Shown here: piece by piece, positions 34,117 through 42,919 of the stretch
How the letters are laid out: the number at the start of each line of letters is the position of its first letter
Position numbering within the stretch: the first letter of the stretch is position 1
NCBI GenBank assembly: GCA_963921275.4
Contig: OZ001293.3
Coordinates: 2,208,001 to 2,272,000 of the forward strand
Source of the DNA: an uncultured Hormoscilla sp.
GTDB lineage: Bacteria; Cyanobacteriota; Cyanobacteriia; Cyanobacteriales; Desertifilaceae
Reading direction: 5' to 3'
Length of the DNA stretch: 64,000 bases
Notes under the pieces: model-generated
The model's database searches: none
What the model saw: the letters and a program-made list of their open reading frames with translations, nothing else
Told to the model about the DNA's origin: nothing
Made by a program: the position numbers and the translations under genes

Positions 34117-34596
34117 ATGTCTCTGGGAAATTTGCGCGACCTCTATCAACAAGTTATTCTAGAACATTACAAGAAGCCTCGGCATCGGGGTAAAACAGAA
34201 CCGGTGCATCGGTCCCAGCGGGGACATAACCCCAGTTGCGGGGATACCATCGAGCTGACTCTGCAACTGAATGATGCACGCGATCGCATCTGTGATGTAA
34301 AATTCTCTGGGGAAGGGTGCGCGATCGCGATGGCGTCGGCGGACTTGATGGCGGAGGCCTGCATCGGCAAAACAGTTGGAGAAGCTCTGGAAATGGTAGA
34401 AAGGTTCCAAGGGATGATGAAAGGAGAGGTAGAGTTTCCCAAAGAACTGCGGAAGTTGAACGTCATGCAAGGCGTTTCCCAGTTCCCAGTCAGAATCAAA
34501 TGTGCTAATCTGACTTGGCATACCCTGAAAGCGGCCCTGAAAAATCCCTTAGGCAGTCAGCCAGAAGCAGGGTTTGTCAGCAACGAACAGGATTAA
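34117..34596 (+). CDS. sufU: SUF-system NifU/SufU-family Fe-S assembly protein
   Basis: LYQQVILEHYKKP, NPSCGD, GEGCAI, FPVRIKCA. Confidence 0.9.
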   Translation: MSLGNLRDLYQQVILEHYKKPRHRGKTEPVHRSQRGHNPSCGDTIELTLQLNDARDRICDVKFSGEGCAIAMASADLMAEACIGKTVGEALEMVERFQGMMKGEVEFPKELRKLNVMQGVSQFPVRIKCANLTWHTLKAALKNPLGSQPEAGFVSNEQD

Positions 34597-34650
34597 CACA
34601 TAATCGCTCTTCTGTTAAGATAAAAAACCCAAAACATCGGACAAAATCTC

Positions 34651-35178
34651 ATGCCAACAACAGCTTTATTTGTGCTAGCAGCTAAGTGGGTAGGAATTGC
34701 TACTGCCGTCTGTGCTGTCGTGACAGTCCTCAGCTGGGTGCTAAAATGGGGCATCAGGTTCAGACTGGTGGGCGTTACTAGCTTTATGGTGATTTTGACC
34801 GCTGGTTTGTTTACCTTGAGTATAGCGGCAGTTCCCCTGATAAAAATACCAGGTGCGGTGCCCTTTACGGTGGTGTACGATAATGGCTCAGCCCAAACGG
34901 CGATCGCAGTGCCACCGGAGATTACGGAACCCCAACTGGAAGCTACCCTCCGTCAAGCAGCTTACGATCTGTTTTCGCCAGGACGCGGTAGCAGTACAAG
35001 TACCCAGCTGACGATCAGGGCCCGGACGATAATTCATCCAGAGGAAAATGTCTCGCAACCACTGTACCTGGGTTATGTCAAGCGATCGCTTAGAGATCGG
35101 GAAGACGATAATATGGAGATATTCATAGACTCGGAAAAATTAGCCTCCTTGCCAGGATTGCCGAATTCCGCAGAGTGA
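34651..35178 (+). CDS. ycf51: Ycf51-family membrane protein
   Basis: WGIRFRLVGVTSF, VVYDNG, QLEATLRQAA..L.S.GR. Confidence 0.8.
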   Translation: MPTTALFVLAAKWVGIATAVCAVVTVLSWVLKWGIRFRLVGVTSFMVILTAGLFTLSIAAVPLIKIPGAVPFTVVYDNGSAQTAIAVPPEITEPQLEATLRQAAYDLFSPGRGSSTSTQLTIRARTIIHPEENVSQPLYLGYVKRSLRDREDDNMEIFIDSEKLASLPGLPNSAE

Positions 35179-35208
35179 CTGGGGATAAGGTACGGGCGAT
35201 TAAGCCTG

Positions 35209-36384
35209 ATGACGGAAGGAAAAAATACCACGATTATGTCTGAGGAAGCTTTATTACCTAAATTAGCAGCGGCAACAGCCAATAAGCCCTTAATATATAT
35301 GAGCGTTGCCCCAGTCAGGGTGATGCGGGGGGAAAACTGTCTGTCCCAAGCAGGAGAGGCGATCGCCCGTTTGGGTTCTCGTCCCCTGATCGTAGGGGGC
35401 GATCGGACTCTAGAGGTAGTGCGACCCCCCTTGCAACCAGTCCTGGAAGAACAGCAACTAACTGCTGAGTCGGCGGACTACTCTCCTGATTGTAGTGAAG
35501 CAACATTAGAGTCCCTGAAGCAAGCTGTGAGTAGCCATGCAGCGGATCTGATTATTGGCGTCGGCGGCGGGAAGGCCCTGGATGCGGCCAAATTGGTGGG
35601 TCACTATTGTCAACTGCCAGTGGTAACTATTCCGACATCAGGGGCAACCTGTGCTGCCTGGTCAGCCCTTTCTAATGTATATTCTCAGGAAGGTGCCTTT
35701 CTCTACGATGTCAGTCTCGCCCACTGTCCGGAGTTGCTAGTGCTAGATTACAATCTGATTGCGACAGCTTCACAGCGGACTCTGGTGGCAGGCATAGGAG
35801 ATGCGATCGCCAAATGGTATGAAGCATCTGTCAGTAGCGGTCACTCCCAGGAAACCACGATTATTGCTGCTGTCCAACAGGCGAGGATCCTGCGAGATAT
35901 TTTATTTCAAAAGTCAGCAGAGGCCCTCAAAGAACCAGGAGGAGAAACTTGGCGGCAAGTGGTAGATGCTACAGTACTGCTAGCAGGGGCGATCGGGGGA
36001 CTGGGAGGTGCCCAATGTCGCACGGTAGCGGCCCATGCGGTCCACAATGGCTTAACCCATATCCGGGGGGCCCCTCATATTTTACATGGAGAAAAAGTCG
36101 CCTATGGTATTCTAGTGCAGCTGCGCTTGGAAGAGATGGTACAGGGAAACAAACTGGCAGCTACGGCGAGACAACAGCTGTTACAGTTTTACACAGAGAT
36201 TGGTCTTTATAAAACCTTGGATGACTTGGGACTGGGGAACGTCACCCTGGCAGAGTTGCGTAAAGCAGCGGACATTGCCTGTTCCCCTAATTCTGACATT
36301 CACCGACTCCCTTTCCAGGTGGGGCCCGACCAACTGATGGCAGCAATGGTTTCGACTTCCACTCCTACTCAGTATAGCCTATAG
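35209..36384 (+). CDS. Iron-containing alcohol/glycerol dehydrogenase family protein
   Basis: GVGGGKALDAAK, PTSGATCAAW, AGIGDAIAKWYE, HAVHNGLT, HGEKVAYG. Confidence 0.88.
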   Translation: MTEGKNTTIMSEEALLPKLAAATANKPLIYMSVAPVRVMRGENCLSQAGEAIARLGSRPLIVGGDRTLEVVRPPLQPVLEEQQLTAESADYSPDCSEATLESLKQAVSSHAADLIIGVGGGKALDAAKLVGHYCQLPVVTIPTSGATCAAWSALSNVYSQEGAFLYDVSLAHCPELLVLDYNLIATASQRTLVAGIGDAIAKWYEASVSSGHSQETTIIAAVQQARILRDILFQKSAEALKEPGGETWRQVVDATVLLAGAIGGLGGAQCRTVAAHAVHNGLTHIRGAPHILHGEKVAYGILVQLRLEEMVQGNKLAATARQQLLQFYTEIGLYKTLDDLGLGNVTLAELRKAADIACSPNSDIHRLPFQVGPDQLMAAMVSTSTPTQYSL

Positions 36385-36801
36385 CTATGATGATGGATAC
36401 AAATCCAGCACCAAATCTAAGGGGATGATGCCGATCCGTTTGAGTAGTGCAGCATCAAGCACAAATCCTCCTTGACCATTTTCTGAGGAAAAGCCACAAA
36501 ATATTTCTATGTCGCATACCGACATTAGTTCTTTGAATCGCTCAACCTTTGACTCAATCAACAACAATAATTTGCTAATATGTAACTTGAGCGGTTCCGA
36601 TTCATCTAGGCCGCTTTCGAGAATCCACGATGACTCTTGCCTAATTTTACCGCTGGGGTTACGGGGATTGACAGGTGTTCCGATCGCGTAGGCACAAGTT
36701 GGTTCTATTCCCAGAGTTTTAGTAATTACTGCTGGAGTTATAGTCTTGCTAACGATCCGCAGAGATGCAGAATTCCATTTTTGGTCTATTTTGGGGTCCA
36801 T
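36385..36801 (-). CDS. DUF4279-like protein (candidate immunity protein)
   Basis: SASLRI...ITKTLGIEPT...G....W.LES...ending LDLVLDLY. Confidence 0.7.
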   Translation of the reverse strand: MDPKIDQKWNSASLRIVSKTITPAVITKTLGIEPTCAYAIGTPVNPRNPSGKIRQESSWILESGLDESEPLKLHISKLLLLIESKVERFKELMSVCDIEIFCGFSSENGQGGFVLDAALLKRIGIIPLDLVLDLYPSS

Positions 36802-36812
36802 TATTTACAAAT

Positions 36813-37090
36813 TTAGAGTAAGTAGTCAAAGATATTTCCAATCGAGTCGCCAACTCCTCCACCCTCCATTTTAGGATAAACTTCACCTGTCTCAGAATCT
36901 ACCATAACGTCTGGATTCCGTCTAGATCCACTTCTCGGTAAACCATCCCTTTTTAATTTATGAATCGCCTTGCGGATTTCTGTGACAGGTAGATTTAGTT
37001 GGTTTGCTAGCTGACTGAGATTTTTTGTTAGCCTTTCGGGATCGGGTATATTGCTGGAGCCGTTGTTAGAGCCAAAAGTGATATGAATCC
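36813..37090 (-). pseudogene. Reading frame without a start codon, resembling a polymorphic-toxin C-terminal tip
   Basis: Manual translation ...IRKAIHKLKRDGLPRSGSRRNPDVMVDSETGEVYPKMEGGGVGDSIGNIFDYLL*; stop 11 nt before the DUF4279-like start. Confidence 0.5.
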
Positions 37091-37280
37091 TCTTTTTCCT
37101 TTGCGTCGTACTGGTGATTTTCTCTTGATGACTTCGCTTTTGAGGATCTCTCTACCTCCTCGCGATGAGCTTTCCCAGAAACAGATCCTCCCGTGGTACT
37201 GGAGGCTCTGCCTCTGGTAGACGTTCCCAGGTTCTACCTGGGAACGAGATGCAGGGGGGCCCCGTCCGACTCAACTTTTC

Positions 37281-37715
37281 TTAGGACATGGACGTTAAAA
37301 TGTCCTGGGCGTGGGTTGCAGTTTGCACTTTGTCGATGACTTGGGAAATTTTGCCTTCACTGTCGATAATGTAAGTGACGCGCTTGGCGTAGCCGCCACC
37401 ATCGACATCGTAAGCCTTAGTAATTGCACCGTCGGTATCGGCCAGCAATTGGAACGGCAGGCCGTATTTCTCGGTAAACTGCTTGTGAGATGCTTCGTCG
37501 TCCGTGCTGACTCCCAAAACGACCATATCCTTGTTCTGGTACTCGGCATAACTATCTCGGAAGCTTTGGGCTTCCTTGGTGCAGCCGGGAGTGTTGTCTT
37601 TGGGGTAAAAGTATAGCACAACGGTTTTGCCCGCGAAGTCGGACAGCTTGACGGTGTTGCCGTTGGTGTCCTTTATGGTGAAGTCGGGCGCGACTGTACC
37701 TACTGTCAGGCTCAT
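37281..37715 (-). CDS. Peroxiredoxin (Bcp/PrxQ family)
   Basis: VLYFYPKDNTPGCTKEA. Confidence 0.93.
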   Translation of the reverse strand: MSLTVGTVAPDFTIKDTNGNTVKLSDFAGKTVVLYFYPKDNTPGCTKEAQSFRDSYAEYQNKDMVVLGVSTDDEASHKQFTEKYGLPFQLLADTDGAITKAYDVDGGGYAKRVTYIIDSEGKISQVIDKVQTATHAQDILTSMS

Positions 37716-37807
37716 GGAATAATGCTCCTTATTAATTTTCTTCTAGCATGATATCATTATCGGAATATCAGCAATTATTCCATCTATAATAAATCTTCAC
37801 AAATAAT

Positions 37808-39082
37808 TCATAAAGCTTCGCCTCTATCGGGGATTATATGATTGAGGGCATCGACAAGCATATGCAGATGAGTGGCTTCATGAGTCGCCATAACTGAGAT
37901 GCGAATGCGACTGGTACTGACGGTAGGCGGGCGGATGGCTGGGGCAAAAATCCCCGCAGCTTTCAGTTTCTCTCCCACTCTCAAAGCTTGGGCTGCACTC
38001 TCCAGGTGCAAGCAGAGTATGCTAGACTCAGAAGGCAAAAGTTTCAGATGGGGCAGCTGTTGAGATATTAGCTGTTTCAGGTAAGTGACATTTTGCCAGA
38101 GTTGAGTGCGCCGTCGCGGTTCCCGTTGGCAGATCCCGATCGCCTGGAACGCGGCAGCAGTATCTGCAGGAGTCAGAGCCGTGGTATAGATCCAGCTAGG
38201 GGCGCGATTTCTGAGAAAATCGATCAGCCTTTCACTGCCAGCGACATACCCGCCCAAACTGGCCAACGCTTTGGACAGTGTGCCAACTTGTATTAGTTCC
38301 CGCCCCGATGTGCTCTGCGCAGTGCGAATATGATGTCCCCCGGGTTTCTCCGTGGGTCCGGGGGACATCAAGCGCGCATCGCACATCGGACTCAGCCCAA
38401 AATGTTCCACGCAACCAGCACCGGTAGCACCCAATACTCCCGTGGCGTGGGCTTCATCTATCAGCAGCATACAGCTAAACTCTTCTGCTAAGTCTAGCAG
38501 CTCGGGCAAAGGACATAAGTCCCCATCCATGCTAAAGACGCTGTCGGTGACGATCAAACAGCGGCGGTAAAACAGTCGGTGCTGATGCAGCTTAGCTTTG
38601 AGCTCCTCCAGGTTACAGTGGGCGTAGTCAAGCACCCTCGCACCGCTGAGTATTGCTCCATTTTTGAGACTAGAATGATTGTACTGGTCAGAAAGAATCA
38701 AATCGCGCTGGCCCACCACAGCGGCGATCGCCCCCAGGTTGGCCAGATACCCTGAACTAAATACTATCCCATCTGCTGTTTGCTTTAAAGAGGCGATCGC
38801 CCTTTCCAAGTCTCGGTGCAACTGTCGATGTCCGCTTAGCAGTCGCGAACCCGTACTACCCGTTCCCCATTTAGAGGTAGCATTAACAGCAGCTTGAATC
38901 AGGCGTGAGTCTCCTGCTAGTCCCAAATAATCATTACTAGCAAAATTGAGCGCCGACTTTCCTGCCAACTGTATCACTGGACCGGGCCGACTGTCAATCG
39001 TCACCACCGATCGATACCAGTTAGCGCGGTGAATGGTTTCCAGGGATTTTTCCAGCCATCCATAAGGATCCGTTGACAGCAT
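37808..39082 (-). CDS. bioF: 8-amino-7-oxononanoate synthase with an 84-nt in-frame palindromic insertion (~38306-38389)
   Basis: [51 protein letters not shown]. Confidence 0.93.
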   Translation of the reverse strand: MLSTDPYGWLEKSLETIHRANWYRSVVTIDSRPGPVIQLAGKSALNFASNDYLGLAGDSRLIQAAVNATSKWGTGSTGSRLLSGHRQLHRDLERAIASLKQTADGIVFSSGYLANLGAIAAVVGQRDLILSDQYNHSSLKNGAILSGARVLDYAHCNLEELKAKLHQHRLFYRRCLIVTDSVFSMDGDLCPLPELLDLAEEFSCMLLIDEAHATGVLGATGAGCVEHFGLSPMCDARLMSPGPTEKPGGHHIRTAQSTSGRELIQVGTLSKALASLGGYVAGSERLIDFLRNRAPSWIYTTALTPADTAAAFQAIGICQREPRRRTQLWQNVTYLKQLISQQLPHLKLLPSESSILCLHLESAAQALRVGEKLKAAGIFAPAIRPPTVSTSRIRISVMATHEATHLHMLVDALNHIIPDRGEAL

Positions 39083-39126
39083 TACCCAAAATAGTATAAG
39101 ATTTAAATGATTATATCCTAAACAGG

Positions 39127-39978
39127 ATGACAGAGAATATGGTAAAAACTAACGTGGAATTGCCCTATTTTGACGGGCTGCTCGCAGAATTTGGCAAAGG
39201 GAACGAGCAGGCGATCGCCGCATTTAGTCGCCATGTCCATTGGGGCTACTGGGATAACCCCTATGCCGCAGATGGTACAGTGGCAGACTTTGCTGCTGCG
39301 GCTGAAAGCTTGTGCAAGCGGGTGTGCGATGCTGGTGGGGTGGATGCAGGCTCACGCATCCTCGACTGCGGTTGCGGTTTCGGCGGCACGATCGCCAGTC
39401 TTAACGATCGTTTCTCCCACAAACAGCTAGTTGGCTTGAATATTGACGATCGCCAGCTAGCCAGGGCCAGAGAACAAGTGCAACCGAGCAATGGCAATCA
39501 GATCGATTTTATACTTGCAGATGCCTGCGAAATGCCTTTTGAGGACAACTCCTTTGATGTGGTGCTAGCAGTGGAGTGCATTTTCCATTTTCCCAGTCGA
39601 GAGCGCTTTTTTCAAGAAGCCCGGCGAGTTCTGGCCCCAGGAGGCAGATTGGCCATCTGCGACTTTGTACCCCTGCCAGTGCTCCTCTTCTTTGGCAAGC
39701 TGACGGAAAATTGGATCAAACCTTCTGTGGCTCGCACCTACGGACCAGTTAACAGTAACTTTACCCTGGAGAAATACCGGAGTCTAGCCGCAACTACTCA
39801 ATTCTCGCTCCGGCATTCCGAAGACATCACAGTTAACATTCTGCCAACTTACCCAGTAGTACGCAAACTACAGCGTCAGGTGGGAGACATGGCGACGGAG
39901 AAAGTAACGGCTATGGTAGAATTGATTAACCGCTTGGGACTGTTTCGTTATCTGATTCTGTCCTTTGAAGTTGTTTAA
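39127..39978 (+). CDS. Class I SAM-dependent methyltransferase
   Basis: [38 protein letters not shown]. Confidence 0.9.
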   Translation: MTENMVKTNVELPYFDGLLAEFGKGNEQAIAAFSRHVHWGYWDNPYAADGTVADFAAAAESLCKRVCDAGGVDAGSRILDCGCGFGGTIASLNDRFSHKQLVGLNIDDRQLARAREQVQPSNGNQIDFILADACEMPFEDNSFDVVLAVECIFHFPSRERFFQEARRVLAPGGRLAICDFVPLPVLLFFGKLTENWIKPSVARTYGPVNSNFTLEKYRSLAATTQFSLRHSEDITVNILPTYPVVRKLQRQVGDMATEKVTAMVELINRLGLFRYLILSFEVV

Positions 39979-40084
39979 TATTTCTGTCATTTTATCCGGC
40001 TTCTTATCCAAACAACAATCTGATTGTTCGTAGTGAGTCCTCACTACGAACCTGTTCTTAACCAGTTATATCAGGATCTTTCAT

Positions 40085-40324
40085 ATAGCTTAACAGCCAG
40101 TTAGCCGCCGTTGCCCGCATTCGAGTCTAACTGGGACCAAATTCACCGATCTTGTAGCCCTTAAACCCCAGATGTTCCTTCAATAACTGCTTATTCTCTT
40201 TGGGAATGGAACGAGTCAGCTTTACTGTTGGTTGGCGGTTGGCAGTAAAATCCGGTGGTTCAAGATATGCTTCGGACCAGTCACCTACAACCTGCGATCT
40301 ATTCCATTTGCCCATAGACAGCAT
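40085..40324 (-). pseudogene. DUF1823-like cyanobacterial protein, truncated with internal stop
   Basis: VKLTRSIPKENKQLLKEHLGFKGYKIGEFGPS* followed by RATAANWLLSY. Confidence 0.65.
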
Positions 40325-40370
40325 TTTGGCTAACTATCTTTTTAAATTAGATATTTATCACCAGATAATA

Positions 40371-40514
40371 TAGCGTTTCTCAAATTGATGTAGTATAGAA
40401 AATTGCCTACTTGTCATTGTGAGGGGGAAGGAGATTAGCGACTAACTTATGATTTATTAGTTACCCCCCCGACGCAATCTCCGATATTATATCACACTAA
40501 TCTGAGAAATGCTA
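40371..40514. mobile_element. ~144-bp MITE with TA flanks
   Basis: TIRs TAGCGTTTCTCAAATT / AATCTGAGAAATGCTA, each flanked by TA. Confidence 0.7.
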
Positions 40515-40519
40515 TATGC

Positions 40520-41135
40520 ATGTACGGGCATGGTAAGTTTTTAGTTGAGGAAGATGGCCTGCGATCGCCTCCAAGCAGCCAAGTTGACCGATCGCTAGTT
40601 AAGCGCTACTTCTGGTTCTCTGATGCATCGTGTATCGTTGACTTAGCTAAAGCAGCTATCTTGGTAATTGACATGCAGAACGACTTCTGTCATCCCGATG
40701 GCTGGTTAGCACATATTGGGGTAGATATCAATCCTGCCAGGAAGCCGATCGACCCCTTAAATCAACTATTACCAGCATTGCGGGCAGTTGATGTCCCGGT
40801 AATTTGGGTAAACTAAGGGAATCGTCCAGACTTATTAAATATTAGCGCTGGTTTGCGTCATGTTTACAATCCTACGGGAGAAGCGGTGGGACTGGGAGAC
40901 CCCTTACCCAAAAATCATGCGCCAGTCTTGACAGTTGGCAGTTGGGCCGCTGCTGTAGTTGACGAATTACAGCAGTTGCCAGAAGATATTAAAGTGGATA
41001 AGTACCGGATGAGCGGTTTTTGGGATACGTTCTTGGATAGCATTTTACGGAATCTGGGCAAAATAAGCCTATTTTTTGCCGGGGTGAATGCTGACCAATG
41101 CGTGATGGCCACTCTGCAAGATGCTAACTTTTTGT
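40520..41135 (+). pseudogene. Cysteine hydrolase (isochorismatase family) with nonsense at 40814-40816 and truncated end
   Basis: LVIDMQNDF, KYRMSGFW, GVNADQCV. Confidence 0.8.
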
Positions 41136-41284
41136 ACCATTTTGCCGTGCTTGTTCGATGCACCGCTCCGCTTTTTGGTATGCTGTGTCTGCTGCCATCG
41201 CGTTTTACCCAAACTTGTACATTAACGCCTATGTTATCACATTAGCGTGGATTGACGGGTAATCCGAGGAGAGGGCTCTCCCCC

Positions 41285-41585
41285 CAGGGGTGGGAGGACG
41301 ATAAACTTGACCAGATTTCTCTCCTTCCAGGGGTGGGAGGACGATAGGCCAGATCATATTCCTCTCCTCCTAGGCTAGGTTAATGATAGACTTGACCAGA
41401 TCCCTCTTTTTTTGGAACTAAGAGGATGATAAACTTGACCAGATTCCTCCCTCCTAGGCTGGAAAGACGATAAACCTGACCAAATTCCTCTCTTCCCGGG
41501 GCTGGGAGGACGATGAATTTGACCAGATTCCTCTCCTCTCGGGGCTGGGAGGACGATGAACCTGACCAAATTCTTCTCCTTTCTG
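41285..41585. repeat. Degenerate tandem array of 7 x ~42 bp (GGGGCTGGGAGGACGATAAACTTGACCAGATTCCTCTCCTCC-like)
   Basis: GAYGAT-type cores at 41297, 41340, 41382, 41425, 41466, 41508, 41551. Confidence 0.85.
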
Positions 41586-42060
41586 GAGAAATTCACGGTC
41601 CTCCAACTAAATGGGTGCGCTCACAAGTAGTTGATAGCCGGGTGCATCTGGTGATGCATGTAATATAGCCGGTGCAAGCAGCGCATCCCGGATTGAGCGC
41701 GTCAGCGAGGGCGGAGAGAAGAGCACTTTGTTTCTGTAGCCGGGCCCTAAAAGGCGGCTCCGCTAAATTTTTCTAAAGTTCCGCCCCTATCTACCCGGAA
41801 TCCCGTTCTACATAGTTTTGGCGATTTCCCACATGTCACTCTCATTTGAGAACTACTATAATAGAGAAAGTATCCATAGGTTGGGGGAAGGGAACAGGGA
41901 ACAGGGAACAGGGGAACAGGAGAATGGGGGGAACAGGGGAACAGGGGCTCGGGGGGATCGTGAGCGAGCAGAACTTCATCTCCAGATGCCCTATTTTTGG
42001 TACTCCCCCAAAGTTTGGATGCAGAGAAAAGTAAAACCTTTTGAACTAGATGAAGCGATT

Positions 42061-42726
42061 ATGACAGATTATATTCCCAAAGGAAACGATTCATTTAAGG
42101 CTTGGGCTGCTCAGTTTATCAACTATGCTAGCAATAACACTGCTGCCTTGGGAATAACCGCAGACGATTTTACTCAACTCACCCAGGAGCAAGCCCAATG
42201 GCAAACTGCCTTCGACAATTATATGGCGCTGCAAGCTTCTTTGTCCCAATCCCGTCAAGAAGCTAAGAATGCTCGCGATCGCCTAGAAAAGAGTTTGCGT
42301 CGCTTTGCTCAATGGTTGCAGCACAATCCCAAGATAACTGATGTCCATCGCCTGGGTTTGGGAATTACTGTCCCAGATACGAGCAAAACTTCTGTTGTTG
42401 CCATACCCACAACCGCTCCCGTAGTCCAGGTGGATCTGAGCAAGCGCTTTGAACATATCATTAATTTTGCTGACAAAGAAACTCCCAATCGCAAGACAAA
42501 ACCTAAAGGGGTAACGGGGTGCGAAATTTGGGTGAAGATTGGTGATAATCTTCCCAAGGACGCGAATGAATTGAGGCTGCTGAATGTGGCGAGAACGACT
42601 CCCTTTAACGCCAAATATAGTGGTAATGAGGCCGGCAAAATGGCCCATTATATGTTGCGTTGGGTGACTGGCAGAGGTGAACCTGGTCCCTGGAGTCAAA
42701 CCTATAGTTTCACTATTCCTGGATAG
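42061..42726 (+). CDS. Uncharacterised protein, paralogue of 19566-20225
   Basis: MTDYIPK...; LGITVP; KPKGVTGCEIW; AHYMLRWVTGRGEPGPWSQTYS. Start chosen by alignment with the paralogue. Confidence 0.85.
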   Translation: MTDYIPKGNDSFKAWAAQFINYASNNTAALGITADDFTQLTQEQAQWQTAFDNYMALQASLSQSRQEAKNARDRLEKSLRRFAQWLQHNPKITDVHRLGLGITVPDTSKTSVVAIPTTAPVVQVDLSKRFEHIINFADKETPNRKTKPKGVTGCEIWVKIGDNLPKDANELRLLNVARTTPFNAKYSGNEAGKMAHYMLRWVTGRGEPGPWSQTYSFTIPG

Positions 42727-42919
42727 GGCTATACTCCGCGCGGTAATCGCACAAAAGACACAGCTCGAACCCGTTCCAGGCGGGAGCCTCTTAACGAGGG
42801 ATCCGGCTACGAGAACCGCCTGCTTCGATGTCTCCGGAGAGCGCTAGTCGCACTACTCCGGAGACATCGAGGGCTATATTACATGTCCGCAGAAGCTCAG
42901 ATGGCCTATGGGGGCATAT

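Noticed and set aside
41818..42060. N-terminal extension of the 302-aa ORF
   Set aside because: Runs through GGGAACA heptamer repeats; the paralogue aligns only from the ATG at 42061.
42828..42919. ATG at 42828 as the true start of the LRR gene
   Set aside because: MSPESASRTTPETS is encoded by a palindromic micro-element; the real 5' end is probably lost or obscured.
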